Notes: generated from the letters alone by a model not told the origin. DNA of 64,000 nucleotides from Candidatus Obscuribacterales bacterium (GCA_965229195.1 OZ245871.1:2720420-2784419); one strand, 5' to 3'; positions 8,785 to 19,829 are shown, counted from the stretch's first letter. Made by a program: numbers and translations.

Positions 8785-9834
8785 ATGCTCTTGAATCGGC
8801 TAAACTTTTGTTCGGTACAGAAGGTCTTTGCTGTGAAAGCTTTTCGCAAATTATTAGTTTTGACTGCCGCTTTCGTATCAGCCTCTTGTGTGCAGCCATG
8901 CTTTTCTAGTGATGCAACAGATGTCATCTACCGCTTCCCCAATGTTGCCAACTTGGGTGCTTTAGAAACGCGTCTTGGCGATCGCACTGGCGCTGTTGCT
9001 CTCGACCGTATAGCCAGTCGGCGACACAAAGTAGCTACAGCTATGGGCGTTGTGAAACTTTCAGCGGCAGAAAACCGCGGCGTCTACTTCTCGCCGGGTT
9101 TGGCCTTAATCAGGCGTCCAGAGTTAATGGATGCCATTTCTCCCGATAATATTCAGGGCTTCTTCTTCTCTTTTACTTCGACTGGCGATTCTGAAGACGC
9201 TCTTGCCGATGGTCTTGTAGCCAAGATTTCGCATCTGAAAAATTTACGAACGATTACATTGGGTCGTTGCGACGTTTCTGATCTTGGTGCCAAAGGTATT
9301 CGCGATCTGCCGCAATTGAAGAGTTTGGATCTTAGCTATAGCCTAATCTCCAGCAAATCAATGCCAGTTATCGGCAAGTTGACAGGCATTGAAGACCTGA
9401 CCATGAACAGTGTCGATCTATCGCAATCTGATTTCTCTCACATTGGCCGCCTGCCAAAGCTCGCTGCATTGTGCCTGCGCAATGCTCAGGTCACTGATGC
9501 CATGATCAATGCTCTTAAGCCGGGTAAAAGTTTGAGAGTGCTAGATTTGGCTAACAACAGCGCCGTTACTGATGCATCGTTGCCTGCACTGGCGCTTTTG
9601 CCTAATCTCAAGACCGTCAATCTTTCAGGAACTTCAGTGAGTGTGCGTAGCTTGACGAAGCTTGCTCGAATTAATTGTGTGGTGGTTTCTCGACGTGACT
9701 TGAAAGGTGCTAGTTTGGCTATTTTGAGGAAATCAATTCCGAACTTAGTCCTTGACATCCGCGATGGGCAGACGGGTATGGGGAACAGCCCAGGTGCCGA
9801 AGAAATGCATTTGTTTGCGCCGACTAGGTTTTAG
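8785..9834 (+). CDS. Leucine-rich-repeat (LRR) protein, secreted. Alternative GTG start at 8833.
   Basis: Signal-like segment (KLLVLTAAFVSASC) followed by LxxLxLxxN/C LRR units (LRTITLGRCDVSDLG…LKSLDLSYSLIS…LRVLDLANNSAVTD…). Confidence 0.7.
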   Translation: MLLNRLNFCSVQKVFAVKAFRKLLVLTAAFVSASCVQPCFSSDATDVIYRFPNVANLGALETRLGDRTGAVALDRIASRRHKVATAMGVVKLSAAENRGVYFSPGLALIRRPELMDAISPDNIQGFFFSFTSTGDSEDALADGLVAKISHLKNLRTITLGRCDVSDLGAKGIRDLPQLKSLDLSYSLISSKSMPVIGKLTGIEDLTMNSVDLSQSDFSHIGRLPKLAALCLRNAQVTDAMINALKPGKSLRVLDLANNSAVTDASLPALALLPNLKTVNLSGTSVSVRSLTKLARINCVVVSRRDLKGASLAILRKSIPNLVLDIRDGQTGMGNSPGAEEMHLFAPTRF

Positions 9835-9911
9835 TGGTTTTGTATGTCCAGAAATGCTGCCTCGCGGGTATATATATCTGGTAGTTACTAGAGCCCCTGA
9901 AACCCAACCAG

Positions 9912-12900
9912 ATGGCAATCGACGTCAGACAGTTACCAAAAGATGGCGGCGATGATAAAACTTCGCCTGACGTTTCTGCGGCAACTAAAGCCGTTCATGA
10001 GATTACTGCCAAAGATCAGAAGGCCCAGGCTGCCGCTGCTAAAGGCGACTCGGCTGTTTTACCAGTGGTTAAAATCGAGGATCTGGCCAAGCCTGCTAAG
10101 TCTGCTGATGCGGCTGAGAAGCCTATTGATCGCGTGGCTTTAGAGAAAGATGCTGTGGCTCTCAGGCAGGCCACAGGCAACGACAATTGGGTGGCTCGCT
10201 GGGCTGACAAAGACAAAATAGTTGACTTGCTCAAAGGACACACAGCAGCAGAGCTTAAGGTGCTTAACGGCATCTACAAGATGAAGTATGGCGTTGGTCT
10301 TGAGCAAGAAATGTCATTCATGACCGGCTCTGACAAAGCCCGCTTGACGGCTGTTCTGCACAAGAAGGACGGTAACGAAAACACCATAGCCGCTGACCGC
10401 ATTAATGTTGCTTTGACCGAAAGAGGCGAATGGACCGGACGTAGCAATTCCATCATCGAGAAAGATTTGCGCGATAGTTTGCGCACAGCCAATGCTGAGC
10501 AAGTAAAGCAAATTTCTGCCGAGTACCAAGAGCGCCATGGCAAGCCGCTGGCTCAAGCAATTGCCCAAGATCAAAATCTTACGCCTGCAACTAAAGAAGC
10601 CCTGATGATTTACCTCAAGGGTAATGATAAGCGTGCACCTGAAGACTTCACCAAGCTTACTGCTGCCGCTCTGAAGTCTGAAGATTTGCAGTTTTTCAAA
10701 GAAGTGATGAAAGATGCCAGCCCACAAGAGCGGCAGGCTTTTATAGCCGCTGGTGGCGACAAGCAGATGAGAGCCGCCTGGTCCGGAGCTGACTTAAACC
10801 AGGCTCGTGATTTTAGTGCTGATGGTAAGTTGTCTACGGCTACACAGGTCAAAGAAAATACTGGCACTGTCTGGGATAACAACAAGGGCATCGAGCTGGC
10901 TCTGTCGCGTATGACTGACTCTGAGCGCAGCGATTACCGCATCGGCAGACAGTTGAGCGGTGATAGTAGTCCACTTAGCGCCCAAGATAGTGAGCGCCTT
11001 AAGGCTATGTCTCCGGCTGAAAAAGCAACCGCCACAGGGCAATATCATACTCTTAGAGCCAGTTTAGAGGCAGCAGGCAACGCCACTGAATTGGCCCGTT
11101 GGGAATCAATGATCAATGTGCGCGGCGGCTCTATTGCTGCCACTCTCGATCGTCATCGTGGCACGCTGTGGAATGATTCGGCCGCTGACATTGGCACATC
11201 TATTGAGAGCATGTCGAAGAAAGATTGGGAAGCAGCCAAGAATAATCCTGCTGCTCGCAAAGAACTTGAGCAGATGCTCGATAGCCTTAATCAGTCGGAG
11301 AAAGATAAGCAGTCATTGCTGAAGATTTTCGATCAAAAGATGAGTGCCAAGACTTACGAAGAGTCAGTTGATACTGGCAAAGTCTCAGTCGTTGAGCGCA
11401 TGGACGAAAAATGGCACTTCTATCGCAATGACCAGGGTGCCATGCTCGCAGCTGTTTCTGGCATGTCCAAAGAAGACAGAGAGCGTTACAAGAGCGACAG
11501 CAAATTCAAAGCTGAACTTGATCAAAAAGTCGATAGCTACATGTCGGGTCAGGCACGCGACGAAGCTCAGAAGATACTAAAAGCAGTTGAACGTGGCGAG
11601 AAGCCAGTATCGACAATAGTGACAAAGCTGACTGAGCATGCAGCTAATGCGTTTGTTGATGAAGGCAAGGCTATTCGTGATATTCGCGATGCTTTCAATG
11701 CCGATCCAACACTTAGAAGTCGCATCAATGAACCCAAGACTGACGCTGACCGCGCCCTGGCTGCTGACTTTAAAAAGGCTGGAGAGCAGGCTTTGGGCAA
11801 AGACATGTATCAAGAGTATGTGGGCGAATTGCTCAAAACTGGCTCAATATCTGCCGATAAAATGACTCGACTCTCTAAGGGAGTGTTCTCTGACGATGAA
11901 GTCACAACCTACGAAGATATTGCTAAAGCACCAAAAGCAGAGCGTGATCGCTTAAAAAATGACATTGCCTATCAAAACACTGCTTTAGACCATCTCAATA
12001 GTGACGAGCGTAAAATTGCTCTGGCTGCTGCTGAGCAAGGCGAGTATCGCCCGGAAGATAAAATTAGAGCTCACATTTTGGGCTTTGGGGGCAGCCAAGA
12101 AATAGTCGAGCAGCTCAAGCAAGTGCCCACTGAGCAATTGAACCAACTAAAGAGTGACTATGCTCGCAAGTATGGCAGCAGCTTTGAAAGCGACCTGATG
12201 GCCAAACTCGGCGGACAGGAAATGGCAGAGGCCCGGCGTGTTTTGACAGCCGATAAGTCTTTAGCTGAGCGGGTCAACATTGCTCGCGATGAGTCTTACT
12301 CTACTCGAAGTGGCATTGGTGCAGGATTTGCTGATTTGGTTAGCGCTACTGGTAAACAATCAGATGACGCTTTAGACCAAATGCTGCAAACCGCTGCAGA
12401 GGCTAATCGCAAGGGAGAAGTGGCAAGCCCCGAGCAAATGAAGAATATGCTTGATGACTTTGCTACAGCTATTGATAATCATCGCGAGACCAAGAGTGCA
12501 GCCGCTGATTATACCGCTGATGCTCTCATTGCCGGTGGTGCCATCGCCAGTGTGATTGCCACTGGCGGTACAGACTTGCCATTAGTCGCGGCGATGTTGG
12601 CTGCTGGTGGAGCCGCTACTAAAGTGGGCAGCAAGGCTGTGCTTATGGGGTCCGATTATGACTTCAAACTGAGCACAGTTGCTAAAGATGCTTCTGTTGG
12701 AGCTTTGACTGGCGCTACAGCGGTATTTGGTCAGGCGCAGTTAGCGGCGGTCTTCAAGGTCGGTCAGCAGGCGGCTAAAACGGCTGCTACTGCCACACTT
12801 AGCACTCTTGCTAGAGAGAGCGTAGACGTCGTGGCCAAGCGTGCTGGTATTGAGCTAGCTGAAGGAGTTGCTGGTAAGCAGCTCTTTGTAGCTGGTTACG

Positions 12901-15900
12901 AGAAAATCTTAAGCGAAGGTACTGAGACTGCCATGCGCAACTTGCTGGCTAATGGAGCCAGGAAAATTGAAGAGAAATCTTTTGCTGCCATAGCTGAGCG
13001 CGTCATTGATGCTGGCATTCAAGGGCCGCTGAGAGAAGCTGCCGTGGCCAGCGTGCGCAAAGAGTTGACTGAGCAGGCGACCAAAGAGTTCGCTCGCCAT
13101 ACCGCTAACTGGCTAGTCTATCAGGGTACTGCTCAAGGTCTAAATGCCGGAGCTGGTGCTGTGGCTAACACCGGTACTGGCGTCTTAGAGGGAGCGGCCG
13201 CCTGGGATTCGAGCAAAGGATTAGGTAGCAACCTTTCTAATGTTGGTCTGCATGCCTTTAATTCTTCTCTTGCCGGTGCTGGTGGCGCCTTGTTCTTCGG
13301 TGGCGTGATCAAGGCTGGTGAAGCTGGATTTAGCAGTTTGAGTCGTGTTAGAGGGCCAGAAGTCGCACGTTCTGAGTTTAGTCTGGCACCAGAAGTTAGA
13401 CCTGGTAGCGAAGTTCGAGGTCCTAACATTGCTCACGATCTGCCATTGCGAGGACAGATTGATTTTTCTCCTAGTGTGGCCATGGCAGCCATTGAGACCC
13501 ATCCACGCACTAGTGGCTCGGCCGTAGATCAGTTGTGGGTGCCTGCTCGCGAGATGGAGAAAATGGCTCCTCATGAGCGTTTGGCTTTAGTGCGTGAGCT
13601 TGGCAAAGACATTACCCCTCTCAATACCGTTGTTAAAGCTGGTCAGTTTGTAGATGGCATTGAAGCAGCCACAAAAGGCTGGACGCAAGATTTCTCGCAT
13701 TTGCCCAAGGCTCTGGATGAGGCCTATGGGCGCTTCCAGGTTACTGGGCAGAAAATCAATGCTCTTGTCGATAAGTACGGCATGCCCTGGCGTGATGGTG
13801 AATTAGACACTGCAGCTATGGCCGCCAGCATGAAAGGTCATCCAGAAGATCTCTCTGTTTTGAGAGCCTATATTGCCGATAGGCAGGCTTACTCTGATGC
13901 ACTTTCTTTGCAGAACAAGGTGCTTGAGCAAAGAGTAGGTGATTTGCAAAAGGCCATGGATGCCTTTACTACTGCCAATGATTTGCCTCATGTAGAGGTT
14001 AAGTCTGGCCGTAGCGCAGCTATGGTGGGCAAGGCCGCTAGCTATCGCGACGGCACTATCACGCTTAACCCAGATAATCTTCTGGCTAAAGAACACACCC
14101 TTGATGTCTTTGAGTCTTCTTACCATGAATTGACTCACCATGAGCAGAGATTCACTGTGGGGCGCAATCTGGCTGATGAGCTAAAAATTGGTGCGAAGGC
14201 AACAGATGAGCAGGTAGGGCACTTCAAAGCCTATTATGAGCACCAGACCAAGCAGACTATGACAGAGGCACAGGCACGACAGTTGCTAGATGCTCGCTCT
14301 AAGCTGAGCCCGCTTGAACTGAGCCCTGAGCAAGCATTGAGAGCAAATAATATTGAAGCTGCTTTCCGTAAGAATGCTCCAGCTGCTGAACAGCTTGTGG
14401 CGTTAGGAAATGACTTCCGCGTTGTTAAAAGCTATCTCAAGCCCTTCCAGATTGGCACAGATCCTAATGTTGCCTATAAGCTTTTGACCAAGATTTTCGA
14501 AGGAAAAGATGAGCTATTAGTTAAGCGCCTGTTCGGCAGCACCACTCCATCGGCAGAAGCACAAGCTTTCTACGGCAGGCTCAGGAATTCGCTTGAGGGT
14601 GGCGGTGATACCTGGACAAAGAGTGACGCTGCGGCTGCCTCTAAGTATTTCAAAGAAACCCTGGAGACAAGGCTGCAAGACATTAATGCTAGCCGTCGCA
14701 GTGTCTACGCAGATTATATGCAGACCCACGAAGTTGATGCTTTCTTAAGCGGTCAGCGCGCTCGTGCTCAAGCGATGGAGCGTGGTCATCAGCCAGCTAG
14801 AGAGATTCGCGCTGCTAACATTCGGGCCAGTGAGAATGCTGAAATTGAGTATCTGCTAGATAATTCTTTCGAGAGTATTGGTCGGCATGTTGGTCAAGAC
14901 GCACCAGCTGTAAAGCCACCGCGGCTCTTCATTGAGGGTGGTCAGGGTGCGGTCAGTGACTATGATGTTGCCACCGATTCTATCATTTTTAGTCATGCCG
15001 CAATAACCGTGAAGAGACCGGCAGCCCAGATGCAGAGCCAGTTCAATCGCTCCGGTAATTTTAAAGACGGAGAAGTGCTTTCTATTCGCGGCTTGACTGA
15101 GGACTTGCCAGGTCTGGTAAAGGCTAAGGTTGTCACTGCCAACTCTGAACGTGTCAGTCTACGTTATGAAGGGCCTTATACGATCTCGCGTCAGTCAGTA
15201 CCTAAAACAAATGAAGAAATCGCTCAACTTGATGCCTTTATTGCTAAGAAGATTGAGCCACGGTTAGTGGAGCCAAACTTCAGTGCTCCTGGTAGCGCAG
15301 AAGCTCATGTTAAGGCGGCTTTGCTCATCGGCGACAATCTCGGTACGGCTGATGCTAGTGTGCTCAACTATGTCCTGAAAAATAGTACTGGAGACAACGA
15401 GTTCAGGCCAATTCTCTTTAAAGAGTTAGCCCGTCGGGCGGAAGAGGGTACATTGCCAGAGCGTACAGCTGCCCTATGGTTTAGCGAAATTGGGCCAGCT
15501 CTTAAATCGAATCCAGTTGAGCGAGCCCGGGCTTACAAAGACTTTCTCGATTACACTCCTGCCGAGATGCGTGATCAAATCACGAAGAGTGGTGAGGCTA
15601 ATGAGTTATTGAAGCGGGCCTTCAACGCTGTTGGCGACGGCAATAGTTGGCCAATCAAAGGCACTGCTGCCGCTCACTGGGCCACTGGCGAAGTGGCTCC
15701 AGCAATTAGACAGTTAGAAAAGATCAAAGATCAAGTGCTTAGCAACTCTGACTTCAGGCAGATCAATTCAGGCGGAGACCGCAGTCAACTGACGATTTGG
15801 CACATGCTCAGCAATGAACGCGATGGTATTCTTGCCAGCCTGAAAAGAGATAAGAGAATTAGCCCCGATTGGCAAGTTTATCCTACTGAGGCTAAGTCTC

Positions 15901-17198
15901 CGTTGGATAGAGCTGGCGGCGACTATCTCTTAGTCAACACCAAAACAGGTGATTTCCACTTCTTAGATGCCACATCGAATCCGCAGAAATCAAATGTATT
16001 TGCCTTGCGTGAACCCGGTGTAATTCGCACTGATAATGGTTTGTTTGATATATCTGGTGCGCTCAAGACTGATGATCCAAGTTCGACGGTGCGTACTCAA
16101 GCTACGAACTTTAAGCCTAATCTTGAAGACCAAATATTGGCCATGACCAGTCGTCCATCGGCTTTCCGTCTAGGAGCAGATGGGCCACCTCTGCCCAGTC
16201 TAACTCGTACAAGTGAAGCTGATGCTACTACTCAGCTAGGTCAACTGATTGATTGGGCGCGAGCCAAAGCCAAGGCTTCAACCGATTCGCGTGAGCGTGC
16301 CGATTGGCTTGATATGGCAACCATTGTAGAGCGTGCCAAAACCTACTCTAATATTCAGGCCACCCAAGTTCAGTCTGCTGAGTTGGGGCAGAGCCTAGAT
16401 TCTGTCACTAGAGCTGAACTAATTAATTATGCGATGACGAAGGTCAAGCGAGTGGAGTATGCTAGGCCCGCTAAAACAACAGCTGTGGCTGATGTTAACA
16501 TCGGCAAAGATCATACAGTCATGCTTAAGACTAAAGATGGCGGCTACTACAATGGTGGCAATCTCGATACCAGCATTGAAGCTGCTCGTCGAGATTTTCT
16601 TGATTCCACCCGTTTGGCTAAAGCGTTGAGCAATGGTCAGGTTGATGCACTCGGTGGCGACGGCAAGGCGCTCAAAGGGCTCAGTGGTTCTGAGCGTCAG
16701 TCTGCCATTGAGAAGCAATTGCGCCTCAACGCTAAATTCCAGGCCAATGTTAAAGCTTTGTCTTCTGTATTCATGAACGATCAAACCGTCATACGTAACG
16801 GTGGTGCTACCGGTAATAATCCAGCGGCAATCTTCGAGAACATTGGCAGCCGGCTGCGGGCGCGCAATGAAGACTCGCTACTTGGTCGGCAGCCTGAAGT
16901 GGCGGTTAAGCCTGGTGTGGCGTCGCCGGCGGTGTCATCGCTTAGGGTGGAAAGCCTTGAAGGCGGGTTGCCTGAGTCGACAAAGCTATTGAAAGAGTGG
17001 AAAGAGCCCCCTTCTCGGCTTGATGCTCCAGCACAGAATATCAGCGATATTCTTGATCTGATTATCGATGAAAATAACTCTATTCCAGTGACTGAGTTGC
17101 CTAGGCTGAAAGCTCTTAGAGATGCCTACAAAGACCCAACAAACCCAGAGCATGCCCGCGCTTTGAAGATGATTCACGATCTTATGCTTGCTGGTTAG
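9912..17198 (+). CDS. Giant multidomain protein (2428 aa). The N-terminal ~900 aa are tandem annexin-like repeats. Next comes a Gly/Ala-rich hydrophobic segment. A C-terminal region carries an HExxH zincin-like motif (SYHELTHHEQ).
   Basis: Uninterrupted 7.3-kb ORF. Repeat units match the annexin consensus (DAVALRQATGNDNW…IVDLL…YKMKYGVGLEQEMSFMTGSDKARLTAVL). HELTH is encoded at ~14124-14138. Confidence 0.85.
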   Translation: MAIDVRQLPKDGGDDKTSPDVSAATKAVHEITAKDQKAQAAAAKGDSAVLPVVKIEDLAKPAKSADAAEKPIDRVALEKDAVALRQATGNDNWVARWADKDKIVDLLKGHTAAELKVLNGIYKMKYGVGLEQEMSFMTGSDKARLTAVLHKKDGNENTIAADRINVALTERGEWTGRSNSIIEKDLRDSLRTANAEQVKQISAEYQERHGKPLAQAIAQDQNLTPATKEALMIYLKGNDKRAPEDFTKLTAAALKSEDLQFFKEVMKDASPQERQAFIAAGGDKQMRAAWSGADLNQARDFSADGKLSTATQVKENTGTVWDNNKGIELALSRMTDSERSDYRIGRQLSGDSSPLSAQDSERLKAMSPAEKATATGQYHTLRASLEAAGNATELARWESMINVRGGSIAATLDRHRGTLWNDSAADIGTSIESMSKKDWEAAKNNPAARKELEQMLDSLNQSEKDKQSLLKIFDQKMSAKTYEESVDTGKVSVVERMDEKWHFYRNDQGAMLAAVSGMSKEDRERYKSDSKFKAELDQKVDSYMSGQARDEAQKILKAVERGEKPVSTIVTKLTEHAANAFVDEGKAIRDIRDAFNADPTLRSRINEPKTDADRALAADFKKAGEQALGKDMYQEYVGELLKTGSISADKMTRLSKGVFSDDEVTTYEDIAKAPKAERDRLKNDIAYQNTALDHLNSDERKIALAAAEQGEYRPEDKIRAHILGFGGSQEIVEQLKQVPTEQLNQLKSDYARKYGSSFESDLMAKLGGQEMAEARRVLTADKSLAERVNIARDESYSTRSGIGAGFADLVSATGKQSDDALDQMLQTAAEANRKGEVASPEQMKNMLDDFATAIDNHRETKSAAADYTADALIAGGAIASVIATGGTDLPLVAAMLAAGGAATKVGSKAVLMGSDYDFKLSTVAKDASVGALTGATAVFGQAQLAAVFKVGQQAAKTAATATLSTLARESVDVVAKRAGIELAEGVAGKQLFVAGYEKILSEGTETAMRNLLANGARKIEEKSFAAIAERVIDAGIQGPLREAAVASVRKELTEQATKEFARHTANWLVYQGTAQGLNAGAGAVANTGTGVLEGAAAWDSSKGLGSNLSNVGLHAFNSSLAGAGGALFFGGVIKAGEAGFSSLSRVRGPEVARSEFSLAPEVRPGSEVRGPNIAHDLPLRGQIDFSPSVAMAAIETHPRTSGSAVDQLWVPAREMEKMAPHERLALVRELGKDITPLNTVVKAGQFVDGIEAATKGWTQDFSHLPKALDEAYGRFQVTGQKINALVDKYGMPWRDGELDTAAMAASMKGHPEDLSVLRAYIADRQAYSDALSLQNKVLEQRVGDLQKAMDAFTTANDLPHVEVKSGRSAAMVGKAASYRDGTITLNPDNLLAKEHTLDVFESSYHELTHHEQRFTVGRNLADELKIGAKATDEQVGHFKAYYEHQTKQTMTEAQARQLLDARSKLSPLELSPEQALRANNIEAAFRKNAPAAEQLVALGNDFRVVKSYLKPFQIGTDPNVAYKLLTKIFEGKDELLVKRLFGSTTPSAEAQAFYGRLRNSLEGGGDTWTKSDAAAASKYFKETLETRLQDINASRRSVYADYMQTHEVDAFLSGQRARAQAMERGHQPAREIRAANIRASENAEIEYLLDNSFESIGRHVGQDAPAVKPPRLFIEGGQGAVSDYDVATDSIIFSHAAITVKRPAAQMQSQFNRSGNFKDGEVLSIRGLTEDLPGLVKAKVVTANSERVSLRYEGPYTISRQSVPKTNEEIAQLDAFIAKKIEPRLVEPNFSAPGSAEAHVKAALLIGDNLGTADASVLNYVLKNSTGDNEFRPILFKELARRAEEGTLPERTAALWFSEIGPALKSNPVERARAYKDFLDYTPAEMRDQITKSGEANELLKRAFNAVGDGNSWPIKGTAAAHWATGEVAPAIRQLEKIKDQVLSNSDFRQINSGGDRSQLTIWHMLSNERDGILASLKRDKRISPDWQVYPTEAKSPLDRAGGDYLLVNTKTGDFHFLDATSNPQKSNVFALREPGVIRTDNGLFDISGALKTDDPSSTVRTQATNFKPNLEDQILAMTSRPSAFRLGADGPPLPSLTRTSEADATTQLGQLIDWARAKAKASTDSRERADWLDMATIVERAKTYSNIQATQVQSAELGQSLDSVTRAELINYAMTKVKRVEYARPAKTTAVADVNIGKDHTVMLKTKDGGYYNGGNLDTSIEAARRDFLDSTRLAKALSNGQVDALGGDGKALKGLSGSERQSAIEKQLRLNAKFQANVKALSSVFMNDQTVIRNGGATGNNPAAIFENIGSRLRARNEDSLLGRQPEVAVKPGVASPAVSSLRVESLEGGLPESTKLLKEWKEPPSRLDAPAQNISDILDLIIDENNSIPVTELPRLKALRDAYKDPTNPEHARALKMIHDLMLAG

Positions 17199-17325
17199 CC
17201 TTGCTGAAGTCAAACTTGATAGTCTTAGCTGTTGCTAAGATTGCGCGACTTTTAACCGGCTTCAGCGGAAGATTGAGTTATTATGGCTAGCCGTTCGCTT
17301 TCTGATAGTAGCTGCTAGGAGCGTC

Positions 17326-18054
17326 GTGAAGACCACAAGGGTCTCAATATTCAAAACTGCTTTAGTTCTTTCTTTGCTGTCCTTATCTACTCTAGAAGTG
17401 CTGGCGGCAGAAGTAAGACAACCTGTGCACGTCTACTTTTTTACCGGTGGATTCATTGACGTATTCAGTCGTGAAACAGTCAAGAAGATAAAAACGAAAA
17501 CCCAAAACATTGGCCGAGAGCTAGAGATTCCGGTAAAGTTTGAACGACATTGGTTTACCAATTGGCGGTCGGTTTCCAAAAAGATTCAAGCGGATCGCAG
17601 CAAGGCCAAGGTCGTCTTGCTGGGACATAGCTGGGGCGCTGCCGGAGCTGTCCATTTGGCTCGAGATTTAGATAAGAAAAACATTCCAGTTGACCTACTA
17701 GTGACCATCGATACTGTTTCAGTGCCTGGAGCATCTCAAGCGAGTACTATTCCGGCAAATGTGCGTGTTAACTACAACTTCTATGAAGGAAGCGACCTGT
17801 TTTTGCACGGTCTGCGAAATAATAAACGAAAAGGTTCAAGTTCCGTCGATGGCATTCATAACGTCAAAGTTTTGGTCGGGCCCACTTTCTCACCGCATAT
17901 GACTATTGATGACAAGATTGAACCGTTAGTTTCCTGTCAGATCAAAATGTTGATGCTTGATCAATTGGATCAACTGAACATTCCCGATCAACTCGACAAA
18001 AAGCATCTGGCAGAGCGGATAACTGCGCTGGAAGAGAGTTTGTCAACAGACTGA
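17326..18054 (+). CDS. Secreted alpha/beta-hydrolase-like protein (GHSWG nucleophile elbow).
   Basis: Signal peptide. GxSxG motif (LLGHSWGAAGA). Product call is tentative. Confidence 0.55.
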   Translation: MKTTRVSIFKTALVLSLLSLSTLEVLAAEVRQPVHVYFFTGGFIDVFSRETVKKIKTKTQNIGRELEIPVKFERHWFTNWRSVSKKIQADRSKAKVVLLGHSWGAAGAVHLARDLDKKNIPVDLLVTIDTVSVPGASQASTIPANVRVNYNFYEGSDLFLHGLRNNKRKGSSSVDGIHNVKVLVGPTFSPHMTIDDKIEPLVSCQIKMLMLDQLDQLNIPDQLDKKHLAERITALEESLSTD

Positions 18055-18061
18055 ACTGCAA

Positions 18062-19558
18062 TCAGGGTTGCAGCTCGATTTCGCCGGGCCGCCAGGTCTT
18101 GTTGAACCATGGCTCTAGCGGGCCATACAAGCGCAGGATCATGAACCAACCCTTGCCTGGAATCGTCTGCACCCAGTTGTTCTCTTTTCCTGCCGGTGCT
18201 TTGGGTCCGAAGTAGACATCTACCGAGCCATCGGCATTGATCTTGAGGCCCTTGTTCTGGCTACTGACACTCGGCGCCTGTTGGTCGGTCTGCACCATGG
18301 AGCGGGTCTGGTTGTCGTAGACTATGACCGACCAGAAATCTTTTACAGGAATGTTCGGCGGTAGGTGCAGCTTGTAGTTCTTTCCACCATCAAAGTGGTT
18401 ACCCTTCGCATCTTGCACTGACCAGGGGTATTGCGAACCCCGGCCCACCATCTTCTCTTCCATGGCAGGCGTGACGCCAGTGGCAAAGTAATAGTAGAAA
18501 GCGGCACCGTCTAGGTTGCTTACACCGGGCGCCGCCTCGAATTTATAGCCACCGAAGAACGGCAAGCGCCAGGCGCTGTTCGGATAGAAATAAGCCTCTT
18601 TTGAACGTATCTTGAAAGCAATAGTCCGGGCCGTCACTGCGCCGATATTCGCAGCATCGGTCAGGATCTTCTTCATCCGTTCATCGGGATTGAATGGTTG
18701 CCCTTTGACGATGCCTATTGAGGCGAACAGGCCTAATGTGGTGGGATCAGAGCCCTCCGCTGGCTCTTCCTGGATCACTTGGTTCAAAAGATTCCAGAAC
18801 GAGTAGTCACCAGGCGCGACGAAGTTCGATGGAATTCCAGAGCCGTTGACGAATTTCATTGGCGGCGGGCTAGCTGCGTCTGCCAAACGATAGATTCGCA
18901 GGTTCTTCTTGACTGAGTCTACTCCTGGTTTGGTTGAACCGTCCACAACGAAGGCACGAAATACGAGCCAATTACCGAAGGTGCTAGGCCGCACTACGTT
19001 ATACCCTGACGGGATTTCGCCTTTGAATCCAGGCGGCACTAGGAGGTATTTGCCACCTTCACCTTTATCGGCTCCGGTGATGCCAACGTCGGCCACCCAC
19101 TTGTACCAGAAGTCGTTGACCAAACCCAGCACCTTGGGCGGAATCTCGACTACTAATGGCCCCTTGCTGGTATCGACCCAGATGAAATTGTAAATCGTGT
19201 TGTCGTTCGCTGTTAGCTCAACAGTCCTGGGATCAACCAGATTCTCCCAGATTATGTCGGTCTGGTTATCGGGTCCGCATTTGCGTATTGATTCGCGCAT
19301 ACCAGCCTGGTTGACGATTGGCAGCGCCAAGAGATAGGCTTGCAGCGCCCGCGAACGATCTAGGTTGTCGTAGATCTTGTCAACGGTATCGGCCGATGGG
19401 TAGCCATAGTTTAGATTCAGGGTCCCGATCGATGACTCGATTTTGTTAGGAACTGCTACGCCTGGTGCGAAAGATGTTGTCATCTTGAAAGTCTGTGCGG
19501 AGGCGCTCGTGGCGAATGCGCTGGCTAAAATCGCACCAAGCAGTGCGTGTCTCGTCAT
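18062..19558 (-). CDS. Secreted DUF1254/DUF1214-type protein (498 aa).
   Basis: Signal peptide. Length and conserved blocks (YNFIWVDTSKGPLVVEIP…, WSVIVYD…, ENNWVQT…) are typical of the DUF1254+DUF1214 family. Recalled from memory. Confidence 0.7.
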   Translation of the reverse strand: MTRHALLGAILASAFATSASAQTFKMTTSFAPGVAVPNKIESSIGTLNLNYGYPSADTVDKIYDNLDRSRALQAYLLALPIVNQAGMRESIRKCGPDNQTDIIWENLVDPRTVELTANDNTIYNFIWVDTSKGPLVVEIPPKVLGLVNDFWYKWVADVGITGADKGEGGKYLLVPPGFKGEIPSGYNVVRPSTFGNWLVFRAFVVDGSTKPGVDSVKKNLRIYRLADAASPPPMKFVNGSGIPSNFVAPGDYSFWNLLNQVIQEEPAEGSDPTTLGLFASIGIVKGQPFNPDERMKKILTDAANIGAVTARTIAFKIRSKEAYFYPNSAWRLPFFGGYKFEAAPGVSNLDGAAFYYYFATGVTPAMEEKMVGRGSQYPWSVQDAKGNHFDGGKNYKLHLPPNIPVKDFWSVIVYDNQTRSMVQTDQQAPSVSSQNKGLKINADGSVDVYFGPKAPAGKENNWVQTIPGKGWFMILRLYGPLEPWFNKTWRPGEIELQP

Positions 19559-19829
19559 GTTCTTGTCTCCTTCTGCGCCGCAGTCGCTCGTCTTGCCAAG
19601 ATTTCTGGCTCAGTATGGTACCGCATCTCTCGCTCTGGTTACCACCGTAGAGATGTCAGCAAAACTCCCGTGCCATGAAGACTTCGATTTTTGTCGTTGG
19701 CAAAGCTCATATGTAGGGATTAGGTCTGGTGATGACTTGAACCAATGATGCGGCACATTTTAGCTACTACTACGCTAGCTAGTAAGTGGTGCTAAAAATA
19801 GAGACTGATTGAGAAATTACTCCTCCGAA

